A stretch of DNA of 63,305 bases, the filler included, from Saprolegnia diclina VS20 (lineage: Eukaryota), in NCBI RefSeq assembly GCF_000281045.1. It is 8 parts of one record of this genome, joined end to end, with 100 filler letters (N's around TTAATTAATTAA, not from the genome) between each part and the next. Parts side by side here need not be neighbours in the genome. Positions count along the whole stretch, not along the records: positions 56,349 to 58,336 come from NW_008246111.1; positions 58,437 to 63,305 come from NW_008246111.1; 6 more parts are not named here. The stretch is one strand, 5' to 3'. The translations under genes and the position numbers were made by a program. Each line of letters opens with the position of its first letter. The stretch's first letter is position 1. This document shows, piece by piece, positions 56,349 to 63,305 of the stretch. The notes beneath the pieces are model-generated. The model saw only the letters and a list, made by a program, of their open reading frames with translations. It was not told where the DNA came from and made no database searches.

Positions 56349-57791
56349 GTTGGCGTCTGCGCGTCCTTCCGCGGCGCCGCGCACTTGGGGTTTTGGTTGT
56401 CACGGTCGCAGAGGAACGACCCGGTGTAGCCATTGGAGACGGGAAAGCACGTGCCATTGTAGTTGATGCCCCAGTGCAGCGGGCCCTTGCCATCGATGAG
56501 CCCGAGATCGGCATGCAAATCACGACCCGCGCTGATGGTCTTGATGTCAAACTGGTTGTCGTCGATCGTACCATTTTGCGCCGCGGCGACGGACGCATAT
56601 GCCTGCCTTTGGGCCTCGACAGGCGTGCACCGGTTGTTGGCGGCGTACCGGAGACCTTGGTACCACGACTTGTGTCCGCGGGCCGCGTACACCGACGTCG
56701 GAATGTCGACCATGTTGGCACCGGGTGTCAAGCAGGTTTGGCCGTAGAGACACAACGTGGACCCAATGCCGCGCCGGCCTAAATCATCGCTTCGCATGAG
56801 GTACATTGCTAGACATCCTGCACCTTTGGCGTCCGTGTTGTTGACACCCTCGTACTTGATCTGGGGCGGAAACAACCGATATTCTTCTGGCATACCTGGT
56901 GCTAACTGCAGTGATGATGAAATGTCGCTGCCACCTCCCTCCACAAGGTCGAGCTCGGGCGCCCCACGGCCCATGTTCGGGTGCAAGCCGTAGCCGGGGT
57001 TCGGATCGCAGGCGCTTATGCGCTGGGACGTCCGGTACCGCTCGTCACACTCGTTGTACGTCCACGGCCACATGCGGTTGGTCGATGCCGCAAAGAGCGC
57101 ACGACCGAGGTTGCCCATCATCCAGAGACCTGGCCACGTCGGGTAGAACTTGAGGTCGGGAATGCGGTCAAGCGGCTTGACGGGGACGCTGCGTTGGAGG
57201 GTTGAGTTCCAGAGCTTTCCCGTCACGTGGGGGTTCATGGACTCGGGGTTAATGGCCCCCGGTAGCTTGGCCGCAATCTCGACAAACCCGCCTTGGATGC
57301 AAAACTTGTTCCACGTTTGCACCATCCCCGCCCGGTAGTACTAGAGTGCGCATATGACAAGCGCGCAGCATCGACGTGCGTACCATGGTCTTGTTTTGCC
57401 ACGAAGGTACGTCGGCCCACACGTTAAAGTATGTAATGTTGGTCTCGACCGAGTCGACGCGGATCTGGAATGCGCCGTCGGCCGTGAAAGCATTTTCGGT
57501 CGCATATGTTCCCACGGCGCGGTTGACGCCGTCGGGCATGTCGAGGGCGACCCAGAGATGGTCATGGCCGGCGGTAAAGTCGCGTCCAGCCAAGTTGAAC
57601 TCGTCGCTCATGACCAAGTCCCACCTGTCGCCTCGAGAGCTCGTCATCGTGTGAAACTGGGCGGGCGTCTCGACGTCGACCCACGTCTTGACACCCGACT
57701 TGGTTGGCAGCGTCGGGTCGTTTTGATCGAGCGCGAGAGCGACGCTAAGAGCGATGAGCGGCATACGTACATGTCGCGAGAAGCAATGCAT
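56349..57791 (-). CDS. KRE6/SKN1-like GH16 protein, copy 2 (3' truncated by gap)
   Basis: Same motifs, with GRGAPELDLVE; start could be 57791 or 57764. Confidence 0.9.
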
Positions 57792-58436
57792 GGGCCTCGC
57801 GCTGCCAGCGTTGCCGTCCTCTTGAAACGTGATCGGTGCAGTGCCAAAGGTCAAGTGAGGAAGCACAGAACAATTGCCATCGAAGAAAAGAACTTCAAGA
57901 CACGGTAGATGAATACTCTGCGAGTTGCCGTGTCGCCTTGCGGTACAGCGTTCATACGCGCGTAGGCGAGACGATTGCCTTGGATCGTTGGCTACCGTAG
58001 ATTTAGTCGAGTATCGGATCTGCAAACACTTGGATTGACAGGTCGCGCGGTAAGGCACGTAGTGAAAGGACGTTACGCTTCAACTGCTGGCTTGTCTCGC
58101 CGTCAGTAGACACATCGGTTGCGCTTGATGGCGTGCTATCTTGTCGCTCTCGGCAAGCAGCCATTCATGACTGCTATCGGCGCTTCGAGGTGGGGCGCTT
58201 CTGCTGCACGTCGGGGTACAATCAAGTAGAATTCGACGACTTGGATATCAAGCTTGCTCGCTAAGCAGAATGAGATGCGTGTTAAACGTCATGGTGTTTA
58301 GAGAATGGCTGCTAGTAAACGCACGAGCGCGGTGCTNNNNNNNNNNNNNNNNNNNNNNNNNNNNNNNNNNNNNNNNNNNNTTAATTAATTAANNNNNNNN
58401 NNNNNNNNNNNNNNNNNNNNNNNNNNNNNNNNNNNN

Positions 58437-59521
58437 ATGTTGGCACCGGGCGTCAAGCAGTTCTTGTTGTAGTAGCACGCCGTGTAGCCCACACCGTGTC
58501 GGCCTGTCGGTCCGTAATGATTTCGTTCTATATGTGCACACAATTCGCATACCTTTTGAGTCGACGTTCGTCGTTGCCTCGTACTGCATGGTGGCCTCGA
58601 CGAGACGGTACTCGTCGGGCAACCCCGGTGCTAACTGCAGTGACGACGAAATGTCACTGCCGCCGCCTTCGAGAATGTCGATCTCGGGGGACCCGCGACC
58701 CATGTTCGGGTGCAAGCCGTAGCCGGGGTTCGGGTCGCAGGCGCTGATGCGCTGGAACGTGCGGTAGCGTTCGTCGCACTCGTTGTACGACCACGGCCAG
58801 ACACGGTTGGTCGACGCTGCAAACAAAGCACGACCGAGGTTGCCCATCATCCAGAGACCTGGCCATGTTGGGTAGAACCGAATGTCGGGAATGCGGTCGA
58901 GCGGCTTGACGGGCACATCGCGTTGCAGCTGGTGGTCCCAGCGCTTCCCTGTCACGTGGGGGTTCATCGACACATGGGTCGCGCCGGGCATCTTGGCAGC
59001 GATCTCGACAAACCCGCCTTGGATGCAAAACTTGTTCCAGGTTTGAACCATGGCCGCGTTGTAGTACTAGTATCGTGACGCAGAACGTGGTAAGAAATCG
59101 AGCCATTACAGAAGAAAATATGTACCATCTTTTTTGTTGTCCACGACGGTGCATCCGACCACACATTGTAGTACAAGATGCTCGTCTCGGCCGAATCGAC
59201 GCGGATCTGAAACGTGCCATTGACCGTGAGCGCATTCTCGGGCATGTAAGTGCCCACGGCACTGTTGACGCCGTCGGGAATGTCGAGGGCGACCCAGAGA
59301 TGATCCTGCCCGGCGGTAAAGTTGCGCCCGGCCAAGTTGAACTCGTCGCTCATGACCAAGTCCCAGTCGTCGCCTCGGGAGCTCGCCATCGTGTAAAACT
59401 CGGCCGGCGTCTCGACGTCGACCCACGTCTTGACGCCCGACTTGGTCGGCAGCGTCGGGTCGTTTTGATCCAGTGCAAGAGCGACAAGCGGCACAAAAGC
59501 CAGTCGGAGGCGGTGGTACAT
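58437..59521 (-). CDS. KRE6/SKN1-like GH16 protein, copy 3 (3' truncated by gap)
   Basis: Signal peptide then LDQNDPTLPTKSG; same motifs and intron positions as copy 2. Confidence 0.9.
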
Positions 59522-60140
59522 TGGAGACGAATCACAAATGAGCAAAACGAGTAACCTTGTCATCGAGTACGTTCGAGTACGTGTAATCGTTTTACACAGT
59601 ACTAGTACTGTACACACAACTCATGGCTCGCTCGACCGATCGTACCCACGACCTTTCTCGTGGTTTGAAATACATTCAGTTGGATGAGTCCTAGCGACGC
59701 GCGTTGTTTTTCGTGCCTGTGGGCATTGACTTCTCATGGAGGATCGAAAAAGTTGTCAACAGGTCGAGTTGAAAGATCCCCTCAAAAAGTCTATCTGTGG
59801 TTGTTTCTTCTAGCACTTCGGGCCCATTGACATTTGCGGCCCCAAGACGCAAAGCCGTGGTCAAGGTTGGAATGGTACCGGGGTGCCGCACGAGGCGTGC
59901 GCCCAACCCTCTGCGCCATTGCAACGGACAGTCGCCGAGCCGTGCACCCGTTGGAATACTAACGGATTGTACTGATTTCGTATGGCGGTGTTCCTATGCA
60001 TGAGGATGATTCCAGCGCAACGTGTGAACTCCTGCCGAAGGAGTGCTGTGCTGCTTGGCGCCCAACATGTCGGCAGTCGATCAACATGTTGGCTTGATTG
60101 TGTCGGTTGATTACGAGCAGAAGCTCCTACAGCGGCGGCA

Positions 60141-60790
60141 TTGTTCGTGCCATTGACGCAGTACCTGGGGCATGTGTGTCAAGCTTTTTTCAACTGGTAC
60201 CCCCAGAGTCGACGTGGTGCAAAGACTGTTCTGTGGAATCTTCTAAAGCGCTCCGTGTACCACCGGCGACCTGGACTTGGCAAGTGCTGTTTCTCGCAGT
60301 ACGACGGAGATGGAGTGTACGAAACATGCTGTCCCTACGACGCCTGTATGATGGCGCTGAGTTCTTGGTCACAGCGTGCCACCGCCCGAGTATTGCTTCG
60401 ATACGAAACGGTACTACATTGTAGTGCCTCCTAACAGCTCATCCAACAAACGCACAGGCTATGCGCAGTGTGCGTACCGGAATGACCGTGTTTATTGTGC
60501 GGCACAGCAAAGCACGCTTATCATTCCCTTTACCAGTGTACTGAGGCTGAATTAGCGCGTCGCGGTGCCATACCCGACAACCTCAAACGGATGGTCGAAT
60601 GGGTCACCAAGCCGGTGACTGGCGTGCGCCGGTTGCATAACTACCGAGAGCGCTGGCGGTTTCGTATGGCGTCGTCGTTTCCATATGTTTTCAGATGCTT
60701 TGTGGCTGTTACAGCGTCTACCGGTGTACTAATCCAGACAGCGAACGACGAACGCAATGTCCTTCTCCTCCGTACCCGAGCAGCCACTCG
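60141..60790 (+). mobile_element. possible decayed non-LTR retrotransposon ORF2 C-terminus
   Basis: One frame interrupted by stops contains PCLLCGTAKHAYHSLYQC (C-x2-C-x7-H-x4-C, zf-RVT-like), followed by a W-containing helix. Confidence 0.4.
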
Positions 60791-60798
60791 AACAGCGG

Positions 60799-61484
60799 TG
60801 AGTTGACAATTCGAGGTCGCCATGGCTCGGCTCGGCTTCGAGCCGGCTCTAAGTCTCAAGCGTGAGCCGACCTCAAATAAATCGGCTAGAGTCGGCTTGT
60901 CGATTGAACATGTCGTCGCCTAGGCACTCACGACCTTCGAGAACGCGCTTAGCAGCTGAGTTGGCTCTTTCGAAAGGCACGGACGTGGCTGGAATCGCGA
61001 GGTAGTCCATCGCCATCTTGTACATGACCGGATTCTCGGCCTTGTACTTCGACCACCACTTCGAGATGTGAGGTACGAGGGCGTAGAGCGGGAGCTCGTT
61101 GTCAGCAATGCCAGCCAACTCGACCCGGCCAAAAATATTGCTGGCGTCGACTCCGTCGTTGGTCTCGTCGTTTTCTGTGACATCGATAACGCTTGGGACA
61201 GCGGACACGTAACGCGGCTGCCGCATCACCATCAACCAGTCGGTGCGAAAGTCGTCATCACCCACGGCGTGAGCAACCCTCGAGTCCAGGAACTTGGCAA
61301 TGATAGCGATGTTGTTGGACAAGTGCGTTCGATGATCAATCATACGACGAAAATGGTTAGAGCCGCTGCACAATCGGTTTATTCGGCCTATATCGGCTCG
61401 GATCGGCTTGACCCCGGCTCGAAGAAATGGAGCCAGAGTCGATCACTTTTCAGCCGAGCCGCGGTGACCCAATCGTCAATTATC
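60799..61484 (-). mobile_element. internally deleted hAT DNA transposon
   Basis: hAT dimerisation domain KWWSKYKAENPVMYKMAMDYLAIPATSVPFERANSAA and IAKFLDSR motif. Imperfect inverted ends (TTGACAATTCGAGGTCGCCATGGCTCGGCT vs reverse complement of AGCCGAGCCGCGGTGACCCAATCGTCAA) and many GGCTC/GAGCC subterminal repeats. Confidence 0.8.
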
Positions 61485-63305
61485 AAAGTTCATTCCTGTA
61501 GACAAACTGTGAAGGAAGGTGGTCTAAGTTAGCATATACCGGTAATCTGAGCAGCGCTGCGCCAATGAGGTCGCCCCAGCGCTGCGTCTGGACCGAGTGG
61601 CAACCTCTGGCCTCGGCAGGCGGCAGCGAGAGCCAAGCATTGGAGCCATGCGGCGGTCGTCGGACGCATAGCCGTCGTCAGTGCAGGCTCAAACGAGGCG
61701 GGTGAAGGTATCAAATGACTGGCCAGTGCCTCGGAGATACGAGACTTGGATGTTGTCCGTACACGCCACGCGGCGAGTTGCCGGATCCGGCCGACCGTGA
61801 GCACGATCGCAGGATCTATGTAGATGACGGGCGCGCCGAGGCGAGCCTGGCCGACCACGTAGCGCATCGCATGCGTGTGTCGTTGAGCAAGACATGCATG
61901 GTATCACAATGGCTAATCGTACGGCGTCGTTACCATTGCCATACACATGCCGGCTAGTACATTGGCAGTCAATTCTGCGTTTTTCCAGCCGTTCCGCAAG
62001 CGAGACCAACCGAGTGGCCGTCAGTCATTCAGGCCGCGGCAGAAGGAGGCCTCGTCAGTCGACGCCTTCGCCTGCTGCGAGCCGCGCCATCAGATCAAGC
62101 GGCGCTGAGCGATGAGGAACTCATCGCCACGCTGTACAAGACGACGTATCCGGGGAAGATGACGACATGCTCCAGCCAGCAGCAAAAACAACGGTCAGGG
62201 GGACACAAGCAACATCAGATCCAACACAGAACCAACATGAGCACGAGCAAAGAGCACAAATCAGCCAGCCGCCGCCGCCAACGCCATCAGCCATCGACCT
62301 TCAGCAGCAAGATCCATATCATCCGACCCCGAAACCCGAGACATCGACCCAAACAAAGAAACCGAATCCATCGCGCCACGCCGCCAAAATGAAAACAAAT
62401 GCATCCAGCCAACCGCCCAGCTCCACGCCTTCAGAACGAAAACAAGTCAACAAGCCCAGCGCCAAAACGGAAAAACTTTCATGCACGACGACCGACCAAG
62501 ACGCCAAAACTAAACAACTCGACCAGAGTCGGCACCACGAGCCTTCATCACAAGCATTCAATCTACATCAACAGCAGACCACACGATATTTCGCGTCGGT
62601 CGCCAACCAGCGACTTCCTTCAGCCCGCGTGTTCTATTAAGCCATCCGTGTACCTTCGGGTGCTGCAGCTCCAAGTCGGCTCTCGGTCGCATCCAAGTGG
62701 AACTCCGCAACACGGGTCTGGCTCATGACCGCGAACGCTGCTGGTCGATCAAGTAGCTTGACGATAGACCACGTAGAAAATAAACCCATAGAAGTAACCC
62801 CGTAATACCCCGCCTGACAAGTACATTGGCAGTCACTTCCAACTACTATCAAACGTCTAAACAATCAACAACTACAGCGTCCCTACGGTTTTGCCCACAC
62901 AATCACATCTCACGGCCACAAATACACGCCTTCGATATGATCTTACGCCTATTTTATATCGCAATCAGACAGTCCACTCGGAGACTCAGAGCTCACGTGT
63001 GGACCATCTGCCCAACATACGAACGGCTGTTTATGATTGTCAGAATGCGGAGTTTCACAGCTCCCAGTCCGTTTGGTCAAATTCCACGTCACTTCCTAGC
63101 CCCCGTACCACCTCCGTCTGTCCCACCACAAGACGGCGCTGGCATCGACCAGACGGATCTTGTGCGCGCGATAACTGCACGACGATTCCAAGGCTCCAAA
63201 GCAGCAGACGACAACAACACGGTGGTATATATTTCTATGTGGGACACTACACTAGGTCCGTTTACTAACTTAGGCCTTGACGTACGCCGCGTCCTTCTCG
63301 AACTC

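Noticed and set aside
29551..58392. Repeated TTAATTAATTAA motif and ORFs ending in X..LIN
   Set aside because: Artificial six-frame-stop contig linkers; not biological, and gene order across them is unreliable.
1..63305. CRISPR arrays, rRNA genes and prokaryotic operons or defence systems
   Set aside because: No repeat-spacer array or rRNA sequence was seen; the DNA is intron-rich and eukaryotic.

Overview
Eukaryotic draft-assembly window, most likely from a saprolegnialean oomycete (Saprolegnia/Achlya-like). This is inferred from the GC-rich codons, ~40-55 nt introns, oomycete Inr/FPR promoter motifs, signal-peptide KRE6/SKN1 genes and a GH18 chitinase with the oomycete Cys-rich tail. Seven artificial N..TTAATTAATTAA..N linkers join contigs, so adjacency across them is not proven. 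Recognisable genes are two convergent APC amino-acid permeases, a divergent mitochondrial-carrier-like gene, NOP56, a ~6.5 kb kinesin-14 (KCBP-like motor) with about 40 or more introns, RPS5, a Uma2/PD-(D/E)xK-like nuclease, a GH18 chitinase, a Cys/His-repeat protein, DPH5, RNase T2, EAF3/MRG15, a MIT-domain protein, a PHO84-like phosphate transporter, tRNA-Leu(TAG) and three KRE6/SKN1 paralogs. There are also two uncharacterised membrane-protein families. Mobile DNA includes a (CAA)n-tailed non-LTR retroelement family (one copy with a perfect 10-bp TSD), an internally deleted hAT element and a 156-bp fold-back element. The most unusual signals are an apparent GA-AG intron (plus a GC-AG intron) in the kinesin, the fold-back and twin-palindrome elements in divergent promoters, a structured long intron in RPS5 and a phased CCAAT array. 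All calls are from manual reading; no database searches were run.
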